Notes under the pieces: model-generated
Seen by the model: only the letters and a program-made list of their open reading frames with translations
What the model was told of the DNA's origin: nothing
Database searches by the model: none
Part shown: positions 38,098 through 49,363 of the stretch, in pieces
How the letters are laid out: the number at the start of each line of letters is the position of its first letter
Numbering within the stretch: the first letter of the stretch is position 1
From: Candidatus Bathyarchaeota archaeon
Lineage (GTDB): Archaea; Thermoproteota; Bathyarchaeia; Bathyarchaeales; DTEX01
DNA: 51,830 nucleotides
Direction of reading: 5' to 3'
Assembly: GCA_018396975.1 (NCBI GenBank)
Contig: JAGTQA010000015.1
Span: 1-51,830, forward strand
Translations under genes and position numbers: made by a program

Positions 38098-40215
38098 TTA
38101 ATCCATGAAATCTTTGGCTCTTGGTATCTCGGCTGATAACCCCTTTCTAAGCCTTATGGAACGTATTATATGCGCCGCATGCTCCCCCGGAACCCTCTCC
38201 CAATGAGAGAAGTAGCTCTGCCAGAAGGCCCTTCCGGAGGATACGGCCCTCATCTCATCTGCTAGACCGAAGGATTCAGCAACCGGTATAAAACCGTTAA
38301 TAACCGAGAATAAACCCTTATCAGATACAGATGAAATTCTACCGCGCCTCCTAACAATCAAATTTATTACGTCGCCGATCCGCTCGGTTGGTGCCGAAAC
38401 CTGAATCCCATAGATTGGCTCAAGCAATACTGGTCTGGCCGTTAAAATCGAGCCTATTATCGCCCTCCTAACCGCCGGCATTATCTGAGCATACCCACCT
38501 TGAGATGGCTCCCCACATAAGCGGGCCTCAACAAGCTCAACCACCAAATCCCTCAGCGGTTCACCGCATAAGGGTCCGGATCTGCACGCCCATCTAAAAC
38601 CATCTATGATGGCTTCAAGACATTCACCGGATAAAACGCTTTCCGTCAAATCCACTAGGACATTTCTATTCTCATCCGATAGGATTATTTTTCCGTAAAT
38701 TTGGGCTGAGCCCCGCTCATCCAGCGGCCTAACCCTAACCGAAATCTTATTCAACCTATTCAGGCTACTCGCAGTGAAGACATCCCCAACATCACTAACA
38801 CTCTCCCTATAGGAGATCATGGGCTTAGAGACGATAACCTCCAAGCCCGGCTCAATCTCCCCTATAGATTTAACCGCTATATCTAGGTGGAGCTCACCGA
38901 TCCCGCTGAGGAGATACTCGCCGGTCTCCCTATTAATTGTAACCGTTAAGTTTGGATCCTCAATTAATAGGACATTTAGCGCGTTGAGAAGTCGCTGTAG
39001 GTCGCTTGGGCTCTTGGGCTCAATGGAGACCGCCACAACCGGCTCAGAAACATACTGAATCCTCTCGAAGGGGATCGCACCCTCCCTATAGGCTGGGTCG
39101 ATAATAGTTTCACCAGCCCTTAGGGGTTCAAGGCCGGATAGGGCAACTATATTGCCGGAATCCATCCAGCCGACATGCTCCCTAACGGCACCCATATATA
39201 CTGAGACTTGGCGGACAACACATTCTTTCCCAGCGCTAAGAAGATAGACCCTATCGCCATCCTCTATCTTTCCGGAGAAGATCCTACCCGTAGCGATTAA
39301 TCCCTCTTTAGGGTCTACTTTAACGCTCGCCACACATATCGCGGTTGGCCCCCCAGGATCACATTCAAGCATAGCCCTTCCAACATCCGAGGATAGATCT
39401 CCTCTCCAAATCTTCGGGATTCTATACTTTTGCGCCTCAACTGGGCTAGGTATCTTCTCAATGATCAGTCTGAGAATTGCCTCATGTAATGGTATAATTT
39501 CTTGGAGATCCCGCCAGCTTCCACTCAAATACATATTAATTATGTCGCTAAATCTTACGCCTCTCTCAATAGCGGTCTTCAGGGTTAAGCCCCACTTATG
39601 TAGCGCCGAGCCTATGACTACATCCCCTCGGGATATGCTAACCTTCCACTTATCTCTGAACTCCGGCTCACCATAAAGGTCTATTAATCCATTAAACTCC
39701 TGAATTATATGCAATATTCTCTTCTGTATTTCCTCAGCTGGCAATCTAAGCTCCCTAATCAACCTATCAACCTTATTTATGAATAGAACCGGCTTAACCC
39801 GCTCACCTAAAGCCTGCCTCGTCACAACCTCAGTCTGCGCCATAACACCCTCAACAGCATCAACGAGAACTACTGCACCGTCAACAGCCCTTAAAGCCCT
39901 TGTGACCCTACCAGTAAAATCGACGTGGCCCGGTGTATCAACGAGATTTATCACGTATTCTCTACCATTAATGTTATAGGCCAATGATATATTGGCGGAT
40001 TTTATTGTTATGCCACGCCTCTGCTCCTCCTCGAGATAATCGAGAACGCGGGCTTCGCCAGCCAGACTATAAGGTATTAACCCAGCCCTAGCCAAAAGCA
40101 GGTCCGTCAAAGTTGTCTTGCCATGATCTATATGGGCTATTATACTCACATTTCTAATACTTCTCTTATCCCTCATGATTTTCAGAATCCGCTCAGCCCC
40201 TTTAAAGCCCGACAT
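38098..40215 (-). CDS. elongation factor 2 paralog (aEF-2-like GTPase lacking the diphthamide histidine)
   Basis: G motifs AHIDHGKTT, DTPGH and NKVD are present with the five-domain EF-2 length. At the tip of domain IV the canonical HxDxIHRGxxQ is replaced by LCGEPSQGGYAQ (38491..38517). Confidence 0.8.
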   Translation of the reverse strand: MSGFKGAERILKIMRDKRSIRNVSIIAHIDHGKTTLTDLLLARAGLIPYSLAGEARVLDYLEEEQRRGITIKSANISLAYNINGREYVINLVDTPGHVDFTGRVTRALRAVDGAVVLVDAVEGVMAQTEVVTRQALGERVKPVLFINKVDRLIRELRLPAEEIQKRILHIIQEFNGLIDLYGEPEFRDKWKVSISRGDVVIGSALHKWGLTLKTAIERGVRFSDIINMYLSGSWRDLQEIIPLHEAILRLIIEKIPSPVEAQKYRIPKIWRGDLSSDVGRAMLECDPGGPTAICVASVKVDPKEGLIATGRIFSGKIEDGDRVYLLSAGKECVVRQVSVYMGAVREHVGWMDSGNIVALSGLEPLRAGETIIDPAYREGAIPFERIQYVSEPVVAVSIEPKSPSDLQRLLNALNVLLIEDPNLTVTINRETGEYLLSGIGELHLDIAVKSIGEIEPGLEVIVSKPMISYRESVSDVGDVFTASSLNRLNKISVRVRPLDERGSAQIYGKIILSDENRNVLVDLTESVLSGECLEAIIDGFRWACRSGPLCGEPLRDLVVELVEARLCGEPSQGGYAQIMPAVRRAIIGSILTARPVLLEPIYGIQVSAPTERIGDVINLIVRRRGRISSVSDKGLFSVINGFIPVAESFGLADEMRAVSSGRAFWQSYFSHWERVPGEHAAHIIRSIRLRKGLSAEIPRAKDFMD

Positions 40216-40343
40216 GAGCCTCGCATCCTAGCATTACACTTCTATATAATCCTAAGAATCTAATGTAAAGGGTAAACTTAAGCGTCGAGGAGAATCTAGA
40301 ATTGTGGTAAGGTTCCCAAGGAGTAAAGGTTCATTCTTTAATC

Positions 40344-40430
40344 TTACTTAGCTACTTGTATCTCTCGCGCCTCTTCTTTCTCTTCCTCTTCTCACGGCGC
40401 ATGCGCTTCTTCTTCCACTTAGCCCTCATC
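40344..40430 (-). CDS. rpl41e: 50S ribosomal protein L41e (eL41)
   Basis: 28-aa ORF absent from the track: MRAKWKKKRMRREKRKRKEEAREIQVAK. The first 18 residues are nearly identical to eukaryotic eL41 (MRAKWRKKRMRRLKRKRR). Confidence 0.75.
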
Positions 40431-40634
40431 CCATGCCATCTTCTCCAAACAAGCTTTTAATGGTTAAAGATTGAATTGCGAGCGCAGGCCCCAGTAAATG
40501 AGGCTTTTAATATGGTTTTCTCCTTCACCTTATTAAGTTTTCGGACTTAGGCTTATGGAATAGAACGCTATGCTTATAAAAGCCGAAAGGCCTTTAGTAG
40601 TGGAAGAGACTTAAGGGTGAGGGAAGAACCCCAG

Positions 40635-41534
40635 ATGAGGGGATATCTACTCTGCATACCATGCACCCTAAGAGCTGCATACGACATAGCCATAAAGGCC
40701 ACAGAAGATGAGGAGCTGCAGAGAAGGGTTCTCCTAGAAACCCTAAGGTGGATGAATGAGGAAAATAACTTAATGAATATAACTCCCGCCATGCTACATA
40801 CTCATGTCTTTAGACTCGTCCAAAAAATTACTGGAAATAGGGATCCATTTGCGCATCTAAAAAGGGAGTCGAATAAATTGGCGATGAAATTAACGCCTAT
40901 TCTAGAGAGTGAGATCGAGAAGCTAGGTCCCGAGGAGGCCTTCAGACTGGCGGCTTTAGGGGCAATATGCGGTAATTCAATAGACTTCGAGGTTGAGGGC
41001 TACCAAGTCTTACTAGAGGATCTTGAGCGGCAATTGCTAAGCTGCTTGAAGAGCGGCCTAGCAATTGATGATACACCTAAGCTTAGGAATGCTCTCTCAG
41101 AAGCTAAAACAGTCCTTTATTTGCTGGATAATGCCGGAGAAATAGCCTTTGACAAGACCTTCATAAAATTTATCGTTAAGAACTATCCGGTTAAGGTATT
41201 AGCCGCCGTCAAGTCCGGTCCGATCCTAAACGATGTAACCATGGAGGATGCACTTTATGTCGGCCTAGGAGAGGTTGCGGAGGTCATCACAACAGGCAGC
41301 GACTCAATAGGCTTAAACCCAGATGAGTGCTCAGGCGAATTCATGGAGCGCCTAAAGGAGTCCGATCTAATAATTGCGAAAGGTCAGGGATATTACGAGA
41401 GCCTAACGGAGATAGAGAATATCCTGAAAAAGCCCATAGTATACATGCTCAGAGCCAAATGCTCGGTCGTCGCCAGATCCCTCAATACGCGCCAAGGGTC
41501 AAATGTGGTCAAGGTTGTGGGATACCCTAAATAA
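40635..41534 (+). CDS. DUF89 / ARMT1-like damage-control phosphatase family protein
   Basis: CIPCTLRAAYD N-terminus, DPF..LK, LLDNAGEIAFD and AKGQGYYESL motifs of DUF89. Start at the internal MRGYLL. Confidence 0.75.
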   Translation: MRGYLLCIPCTLRAAYDIAIKATEDEELQRRVLLETLRWMNEENNLMNITPAMLHTHVFRLVQKITGNRDPFAHLKRESNKLAMKLTPILESEIEKLGPEEAFRLAALGAICGNSIDFEVEGYQVLLEDLERQLLSCLKSGLAIDDTPKLRNALSEAKTVLYLLDNAGEIAFDKTFIKFIVKNYPVKVLAAVKSGPILNDVTMEDALYVGLGEVAEVITTGSDSIGLNPDECSGEFMERLKESDLIIAKGQGYYESLTEIENILKKPIVYMLRAKCSVVARSLNTRQGSNVVKVVGYPK

Positions 41535-41565
41535 GATAATTGCTCTAAGTAAAGTATGAGATGCC

Positions 41566-42246
41566 ATGAAACTCGGTGCGCTTTTTTCTGGCGGAAAAGA
41601 CTCTTGCTTGGCTATTCATAAGGCCCGAGCATTCCATGAGATAGCCTGTCTAATAAGCCTAATTCCGAAGAGTGAGGAGAGTCTCATCTTCCATTTCCCA
41701 AATATATGGGTCACTAGATTCCAAGCCGAGGCAATGGGCATACCAATAATTCAGATAGAGACTGAGATAGGTGAAGAAAAAGAGTTAACCAGTCTATTTA
41801 AGGCTTTAAAGCTGGCTATTAAGAGGTATGGAATCAGTGGGATAGTCACTGGTGCAATAAGATCCACCTATCAAGCAAGCAGAATACAGAGAATATGCAA
41901 TAGACTTGGGCTCTGGTGCTTTAACCCCCTATGGCTTAAAGATCAGGAAGAGTTAATCCGCGAGGTTTTAGAGGCAGGTTTCGAGGTTATAATCTCGGGA
42001 GTATTCGCATACCCACTTAACAGCAGCTTCCTCGGCAAGAAATTAGATGCAAAACTCCTAATCGAACTCTTAGATTTATGGAGGAAGTATGGCATAAGCA
42101 TCGCTGGTGAGGGGGGCGAGATAGAGACAACAGTCCTCGACGCTCCCATGTTTAAGAGGAGGATAGAGGTAACCGATTATGAGATACAGTATAGGGGCGG
42201 CTCCGGCATCTTCAGGATAAAAGACCTTAGGCTCGTGGATAAATGA
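41566..42246 (+). CDS. PP-loop ATPase of the MJ0570 / diphthine-ammonia ligase (Dph6) family
   Basis: The ALFSGGKDS PP-loop, GAIRSTYQASRIQRIC and AGEGGEIETTVLDAPMF match the DUF71/Dph6 N-terminal domain family. Confidence 0.75.
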   Translation: MKLGALFSGGKDSCLAIHKARAFHEIACLISLIPKSEESLIFHFPNIWVTRFQAEAMGIPIIQIETEIGEEKELTSLFKALKLAIKRYGISGIVTGAIRSTYQASRIQRICNRLGLWCFNPLWLKDQEELIREVLEAGFEVIISGVFAYPLNSSFLGKKLDAKLLIELLDLWRKYGISIAGEGGEIETTVLDAPMFKRRIEVTDYEIQYRGGSGIFRIKDLRLVDK

Positions 42247-42788
42247 GAGCCCTACTCATAAACCTATGCCTAGATCCATTAAGTGAATTGGAGTTCGTTA
42301 AGCCAATCGAATATATTCTTAGATATCATGGAATCAATACGTTCATTAAACGCTATATGGAGATTTCTCCAGAAGATCTAGGGCTGGCAGAAAAAGTGAT
42401 TCTTTGTGGCTCAGCTTTAAAAGATGATCACTTCTTAACGGACAAATGGTTTAGATGGCTTGAAAAATACGATAGGCCAATTCTCGGAGTGGGCTCAGGC
42501 TCCCATGCTATAGCGAAGGCTTTCGGCTGCAGCCTTATTAACAAGACGAAGATTGGAATGTTTAAGGTTAGATTGATTAGAGAGAGTAGGCTAATGGATA
42601 AAAGAGTTTTCTACGCCTACTTCTTAACGAAGAGAGCTATAATACCCACCAAACCTCTAGAGTCTCTAGCCAAGGTCGGAAACCTAGACTGTATGATCAA
42701 ACATGAGTCTAGGGAGATTTACGGCTGCCTATTCCATCCTGAAGTAATGAACCCGGAGATAATTGTGAACTTCATCTCAAAGACCTAG
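42243..42788 (+). CDS. class-I glutamine amidotransferase-like protein lacking the nucleophile Cys
   Basis: GuaA-subunit-like layout. PILGVGSGSHAIA stands where GATase1 has ILGICLGHQLIA, so Cys is replaced by Gly84 (about 42492..42494). The His-Glu element FHPE is retained. ATGA overlap with the upstream gene. Confidence 0.55.
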   Translation: MRALLINLCLDPLSELEFVKPIEYILRYHGINTFIKRYMEISPEDLGLAEKVILCGSALKDDHFLTDKWFRWLEKYDRPILGVGSGSHAIAKAFGCSLINKTKIGMFKVRLIRESRLMDKRVFYAYFLTKRAIIPTKPLESLAKVGNLDCMIKHESREIYGCLFHPEVMNPEIIVNFISKT

Positions 42789-43561
42789 CCGAATTTAAAG
42801 ATCTTTCTGGCATTCTCCGTTGTCTTTTCGGCTACAGTCTCCATGCTCTCACCCTTCAATTCCGCAACAGCCTTCAGCGCCTTAATTATGTGGGCTGGTT
42901 CAGCAGCCTCCCCAGCATAGACAACAGGCGAATCCGTCTCTAAAACTATATTTTCCAAGGGTGTTCTCACAAGGATTTTCCTATGCTCCTTGCTGTATGC
43001 GGCTGCTGGTGTGGCGGAAACATAATAGCCATAGTCGAGTATTTTTTTAAGCGCCTCCAATGGCCCACTAAACCAGTGGAAAATGGCCCTCTTAACCCCT
43101 GCCTCTATAGCCATATCAACACAGTCCATCCACGCACCTCTACTATGAATCGATACCGGCTTATCACTCATCCTTGCCAAATTAAGTATCCTCCGGAAAA
43201 CATCCCTCTGAACCCCTCTAACACTATCACTCTTCCTAGCATCCCCATACCAGTAGTCTAGTCCAACCTCGCCTAAAGCAACAATATTATCAAGGTTCTT
43301 CTCGATGAGGCTAATGGTCTCATCAATCCTCGAAACATTTAAGCCGCAGGGATGAAGCCCAAGTGCCGGATAAATCCTTAATCTGCTGGTTCCATATTTC
43401 CAGCTTTCATGCATAACCCAAAGATTAGATTCATAGTCTGAGCCTACAGCGATTATCGCGGTAACCCCCACTTTAACAGCTCTTCTAATAGCCTCTTTTA
43501 AGTCCTCAACTTCCTCTAAATGGGCATGCGTATCTATTATCTCCATAGTAGGCGACCTCAA
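42785..43561 (-). CDS. TatD-family metal-dependent hydrolase
   Basis: IDTHAHL N-terminal motif with further His/Asp metal ligands (SIHSR, FHWFSG, ETDSP). Confidence 0.85.
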   Translation of the reverse strand: MRSPTMEIIDTHAHLEEVEDLKEAIRRAVKVGVTAIIAVGSDYESNLWVMHESWKYGTSRLRIYPALGLHPCGLNVSRIDETISLIEKNLDNIVALGEVGLDYWYGDARKSDSVRGVQRDVFRRILNLARMSDKPVSIHSRGAWMDCVDMAIEAGVKRAIFHWFSGPLEALKKILDYGYYVSATPAAAYSKEHRKILVRTPLENIVLETDSPVVYAGEAAEPAHIIKALKAVAELKGESMETVAEKTTENARKIFKFG

Positions 43562-43718
43562 GAGATGAAACTACCATAACTAACAATAATGTTTTGCAAT
43601 AATAAGGCTTGGATGCTTATTAAATTTTAGGCTCATGGATCCAATAAAGGCACAAAAATTAAAATTTTAATGTCTGATAGAAAACTAAATTTTTAAACAA
43701 CTGGAAGGCTAAGGAGCA

Positions 43719-44558
43719 ATGTACAGAATAGTTGAGAGTAGGGAGATAGCGCCAGCAGTCAAGCTTATTAGGATTTTAGCCCCCGAGATAGCTAGGAAAG
43801 CCCAACCCGGCCAATTTGTCATCTTAAGAGTAGATGCTATGGGTGAGCGTATTCCATTAACTCTCGCCGATTGGAACATTACTGAAGGAACGATAACGCT
43901 AGTTTTCTTAGAAGTTGGGGTTTCAACTAGAAAACTTGGGGAATTAAAGGAGGGCGATGCAATATTAGATTTGCTCGGGCCGCTTGGAAATCCAACCGAT
44001 GTGAGAAATTATGGAACTGTATGTATTGTTGGTGGTGGTGTTGGGATAGCAGCCGCCTATCCAATAGCTCGCGCACTTAAAAGAGCCAGAAATAAAGTAA
44101 TTTCTATAATAGGCGCAAGAACAGCTAAACTGCTGATTTTTGAGGAAGAGATGAGGAGATGCTCGGATGAAGTACATATATCTACGGATGATGGAACAAA
44201 GGGATATAAGGGCTTTGTAAGCGATGTCCTCAGAAAACTGCTACAGGAAGGATATGGTTTCGATATGGTTTACGCCGTTGGGCCAGCCGTAATGATGAGA
44301 GCTGTAGCCGAGGTAACTAGACCATACAATATCAAGACTATTGCGAGTCTAAACCCAATAATGGTCGATGGAATGGGTATGTGCGGTGCTTGCAGAGTGA
44401 CGGTTGGCGGAAAAACAATGTTTGCATGCGTGAATGGACCCGAATTTGATGCTCATAAAGTAGATTTTACCGAGCTAATAAGGAGGCAAATGGCTTTTAT
44501 CCAAGAGGAAAGGATGGCTCTTGAACTCTGGGAAGCAAATAAGAGGGGCGATGAGTGA
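43719..44558 (+). CDS. NfnA/SudB-like FAD/NAD-binding and [2Fe-2S] subunit (dihydroorotate dehydrogenase electron-transfer-like)
   Basis: PGQFVILRV, GGGVGIAAAYP and the C-terminal CGACRV..C motif. Confidence 0.75.
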   Translation: MYRIVESREIAPAVKLIRILAPEIARKAQPGQFVILRVDAMGERIPLTLADWNITEGTITLVFLEVGVSTRKLGELKEGDAILDLLGPLGNPTDVRNYGTVCIVGGGVGIAAAYPIARALKRARNKVISIIGARTAKLLIFEEEMRRCSDEVHISTDDGTKGYKGFVSDVLRKLLQEGYGFDMVYAVGPAVMMRAVAEVTRPYNIKTIASLNPIMVDGMGMCGACRVTVGGKTMFACVNGPEFDAHKVDFTELIRRQMAFIQEERMALELWEANKRGDE

Positions 44559-45959
<1,401 letters not shown>

Positions 45960-45984
45960 ACAAAAATCTATTGTCTCCTCAATT

Positions 45985-46908
45985 TTATCTAGAAGCCTCA
46001 ACCAAAGGCGGTATTATCTCTTCATAGCCAACTGACATTATATGGCATCCGGCGGCGGAAGTCGTCTTCTTCAGCTCTTTAATGAAACTAGAGAAGTAAT
46101 TGAGGTTTATCTCATCATACTTCAATCTTCTCAGATTCTTATCAGATATTTCACTAGCCTTAGCTAGAGCATCCATAAGATCTTTGGGCACCTTAACCCC
46201 CGGCACATTCTTATCAAAGTAATCAGCCACACCATAGGATTTTAGTGGAAAAATACCTATTATAACAGGAACATTATATTTACTAGTCTCTTTAAGGAAA
46301 GATTTCGCCTTCTCAATGTCAAATACAACCTGCGTCTGGAAAAAGTCAGCTCCAGCATTAACCTTCTTCTCAAACTTTATTAGCTCTGGCTCGATGGGAT
46401 TAGCATTCGGGTTGGCTCCGGCACCGATAAAGAATTTTGGCGGAGACTCGATGGGCCTCCCATTCATGTCAACGCCCTCATCAACTATGCGTCTTACCAT
46501 TTTAATGAGCTGAACAGAATCTAGGTCAAAGACTGGCTTAGCTTGGGGGGTATCTCCTAAAGTTGTGTGGTCGCCGGTTAACGCGAGGACATTTTTTATT
46601 CCCAAAGCGCCCGCGCCTAGAAGGTCTGAGAAGATCGCTATCCTATTTCTATCTCTACACGTTATCTGATATATTGTTTCCAGCCCCGAGTCTCTCTGAA
46701 TAATATATGAGGCAACCAGACTGCTTATGTATGCAAAGGATTGAGGATTATCCGTCACGTTACAGGCCACAACATAATCCTTAATCTTCTTGGCAGCCTC
46801 AACATAACGTGTTAGATTGGTCGTCTTTTCCGGCTCAAGCTCACCAGTAAAAGTGAATTTCCCAGACTTAAGACTCCTCATCAATTCGCTTATAAATACC
46901 TCCGGCAT
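45985..46908 (-). CDS. metF: methylenetetrahydrofolate reductase-like protein (MetF family)
   Basis: MTHFR TIM-barrel pattern (CNVTDNP, QITCRDRNR, LALTGDH, GAGANP, FFQTQVVFD). Confidence 0.8.
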   Translation of the reverse strand: MPEVFISELMRSLKSGKFTFTGELEPEKTTNLTRYVEAAKKIKDYVVACNVTDNPQSFAYISSLVASYIIQRDSGLETIYQITCRDRNRIAIFSDLLGAGALGIKNVLALTGDHTTLGDTPQAKPVFDLDSVQLIKMVRRIVDEGVDMNGRPIESPPKFFIGAGANPNANPIEPELIKFEKKVNAGADFFQTQVVFDIEKAKSFLKETSKYNVPVIIGIFPLKSYGVADYFDKNVPGVKVPKDLMDALAKASEISDKNLRRLKYDEINLNYFSSFIKELKKTTSAAGCHIMSVGYEEIIPPLVEASR

Positions 46909-46923
46909 GAAAACCCCTCACTT

Positions 46924-47628
46924 TCAAGTTTTCACCCAGATAACTTCCCTTGGCTGCACATTTAGCCTCGAATTATCTCTCGGTGGCCTATAAGCCCTAT
47001 AAATATCGAGCATACCGAGTTCTTTAAGTCTGTTATAGATTAGAATCCATGCGCAATCACGCTTGTATCCGCCAACTTCGCACTTACCCTCATACATGCC
47101 TCCACATGGCCCATTAAGCATCCCCTTCGGACATCGAACAATAGGGCATATTCCACCAGTCTCATAAAGAATACATTCACCGCATGCCCTACATCTCTCA
47201 TAGAACTCTCCTATATGCTCTATTATTCCAAGGAATTTTGTGTCTAAAGCTGGTATAGAGGGTTTTTTGAGGTGCTCAACTATATCCTGAACGCCAGCGC
47301 CACAAGTCATACAAAGTATTGCATCAGAAGATTCAATAGCATCCTTTAAGTTGCGGGTATCTCTCCTTAAGATTCTTGCATCACAAGGTGTCTCTACAAC
47401 AACTGCGCCAACAACCTCTTTACCAACACTCCTCAATCTCTCAGCCATCCGCTTAACTTGTTCCTCACCACCAGTCTGAACAACAGTTGAGCATTCTCCA
47501 CAACCAATAATGAATATCCTATTAAAGGGTTCAAGCATTCTCAGAATTTCCTCAAAAGACTTTTGCTCCGTTATTATCAAATCAGGCAACCTCCAGTAAC
47601 CTATTATTTGAACATGAACTGCACACAT
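46924..47628 (-). CDS. metV: MetV-like protein (MTHFR C-terminal zinc/FeS domain)
   Basis: CPKGMLNGPCGG signature of the MTHFR_C domain and the Cys-rich region CRACGECILYETGGICP, directly upstream of metF. Confidence 0.75.
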   Translation of the reverse strand: MCAVHVQIIGYWRLPDLIITEQKSFEEILRMLEPFNRIFIIGCGECSTVVQTGGEEQVKRMAERLRSVGKEVVGAVVVETPCDARILRRDTRNLKDAIESSDAILCMTCGAGVQDIVEHLKKPSIPALDTKFLGIIEHIGEFYERCRACGECILYETGGICPIVRCPKGMLNGPCGGMYEGKCEVGGYKRDCAWILIYNRLKELGMLDIYRAYRPPRDNSRLNVQPREVIWVKT

Positions 47629-47965
47629 ATAAAACCGTTATGTACGCGAAAAATAATAAGATGAGATTATGAATAAATTTTCAACACAAATCCCCTTGCT
47701 GGATATTAGAAAAAGAAGGAAGATTGCAGAAAGCCTAATATTTAAGTTGGTTTTTCAGTGGTCAGGACCAAAGTTACCTTAGAAGATTGCGCATCAAGCA
47801 TATAAATGCTACATAAAACGTTAAATTAAATCCTGTCCCCAATTCACATAAGAAGATACTTGTGCATGAAGTGATTGAAATTAGACTTTTTCAAAAATAC
47901 TTTTATAGAATGTATCAGTTGAATGGACAAATATGAGAAGTACATTCCCTAAAGGAGGCAACAAT

Positions 47966-49363
47966 ATGATTGAAGGGCTGGATGTTAGGGATGAGAAAGC
48001 GAGATTATTTCAGAAAGATTTTCCTCCGGAAGAGTTTAAGGAACGCCGGAGAAAAATATTTAATGCAATAGGTCCGGATGCATGCGCTCTTCTTCAGGGT
48101 AAACCTCAGGTTAGGGGTTTCTATCCCTTTAGGCAATCCAATGATTTTTATTATTGTTGTGGTGTGGAGATTCCGCATTCCTACTTACTAATGGATGGAA
48201 GAGATCAATCGGCTAGGCTTTTTATACCGCGTTTTATTAGCGATCGCGGAGGGGAAAACATTTTAACGCTTGAGGATGCGGATCTAATAAGGGAATTTAC
48301 CGGAATAGATGATGTCCTTCCTTTAGAGAGTCTCACAGAATATTTTAAGGATATTCGTGTACTATATGTTCCTCATAAACCATCTGAAGATAGGGCGGAG
48401 TCCCGCCATACAATACTCCATTCTAATAGACTTATTGCCCTAGATTCATGGGATGGGAGCCTACCACGAGAGCAGCATTTTATCAGCCTATTACATGTTC
48501 GTTTTCCATATATCATGATCAGAGACTTATCACCTATACTTGATTCTTTAAGATTGGTTAAGAGCGAGAGGGAGATAAGTCTTCTTCGTAAAGCTGGTAA
48601 GCTTTCAGCCTTAGCTGTTACTGAAGCTATGCGTGTGACGAAACCAGGTATGATGGAGCATCATTTAAGGGCTGTTGCCAACTACATTTTTATAGCACAT
48701 GGGGCATCTGGGGAGGGCTATCACTCAATAGTTGCCTCAGGAAGAAATATTTGGGACCCGCATTACTATCGCGAGGACTGTATAATGAAAGATGGCGATT
48801 TAGTGTTAATGGACGCTGCACCCGACTACCACTATTATACTAGCGATATTGGGAGAATGTGGCCTGTTAATGGAAAGTACTCATTGTGGCAGAGAGAGCT
48901 TTATGGCTTTATCGTAGAATATCATAAAACATTATTGAGCAATATTCGCCCAGGATTAACTGCTGATCAGATACTTAATACAGCATCTGAGATAATGGCT
49001 GATTTTATTAGAGAATATAGGTTTTCAAAGGAGATTTATAGGAGGTCTGCTGAGCGGGCACTTGAGTTTCGTGGGCATCTTTCACATACTGTAGGTATGT
49101 CTGTACATGATGTTGGTGATTACAGGTCTATGCCGCTTAAGCCTGGAATAGTCTTTTCCGTTGATCCACAAATGTGGGTGCCTGAAGAGAGACTTTACAT
49201 CCGTGTTGAGGACACCATAGTGGTGACTGAAAATGGAGTTGAGGTTTTAACTGGTTCAGCACCCTTGGAATTAGATGACGTTGAATCAATAATGCGCGAG
49301 AAAAGTGTTTTCTTTTCAAATCTAGATAGAATTTTAGAGAGTTTGGTGAGTAAAGATGAGTAA
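47966..49363 (+). CDS. Xaa-Pro aminopeptidase (M24B)
   Basis: M24 metal ligands are present in LMDAAPDYHYYTSDIGR, HTVGMSVHD and RVEDTIVV. Start at an internal Met of ORF 47933..49363. Confidence 0.8.
   Translation: MIEGLDVRDEKARLFQKDFPPEEFKERRRKIFNAIGPDACALLQGKPQVRGFYPFRQSNDFYYCCGVEIPHSYLLMDGRDQSARLFIPRFISDRGGENILTLEDADLIREFTGIDDVLPLESLTEYFKDIRVLYVPHKPSEDRAESRHTILHSNRLIALDSWDGSLPREQHFISLLHVRFPYIMIRDLSPILDSLRLVKSEREISLLRKAGKLSALAVTEAMRVTKPGMMEHHLRAVANYIFIAHGASGEGYHSIVASGRNIWDPHYYREDCIMKDGDLVLMDAAPDYHYYTSDIGRMWPVNGKYSLWQRELYGFIVEYHKTLLSNIRPGLTADQILNTASEIMADFIREYRFSKEIYRRSAERALEFRGHLSHTVGMSVHDVGDYRSMPLKPGIVFSVDPQMWVPEERLYIRVEDTIVVTENGVEVLTGSAPLELDDVESIMREKSVFFSNLDRILESLVSKDE

Noticed and set aside
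43640-43670. AT-only palindrome ATTAAAATTTTAAT upstream of nfnA
   Set aside because: It is low-complexity AT-rich promoter DNA, and palindromes of this kind arise by chance in such sequence.
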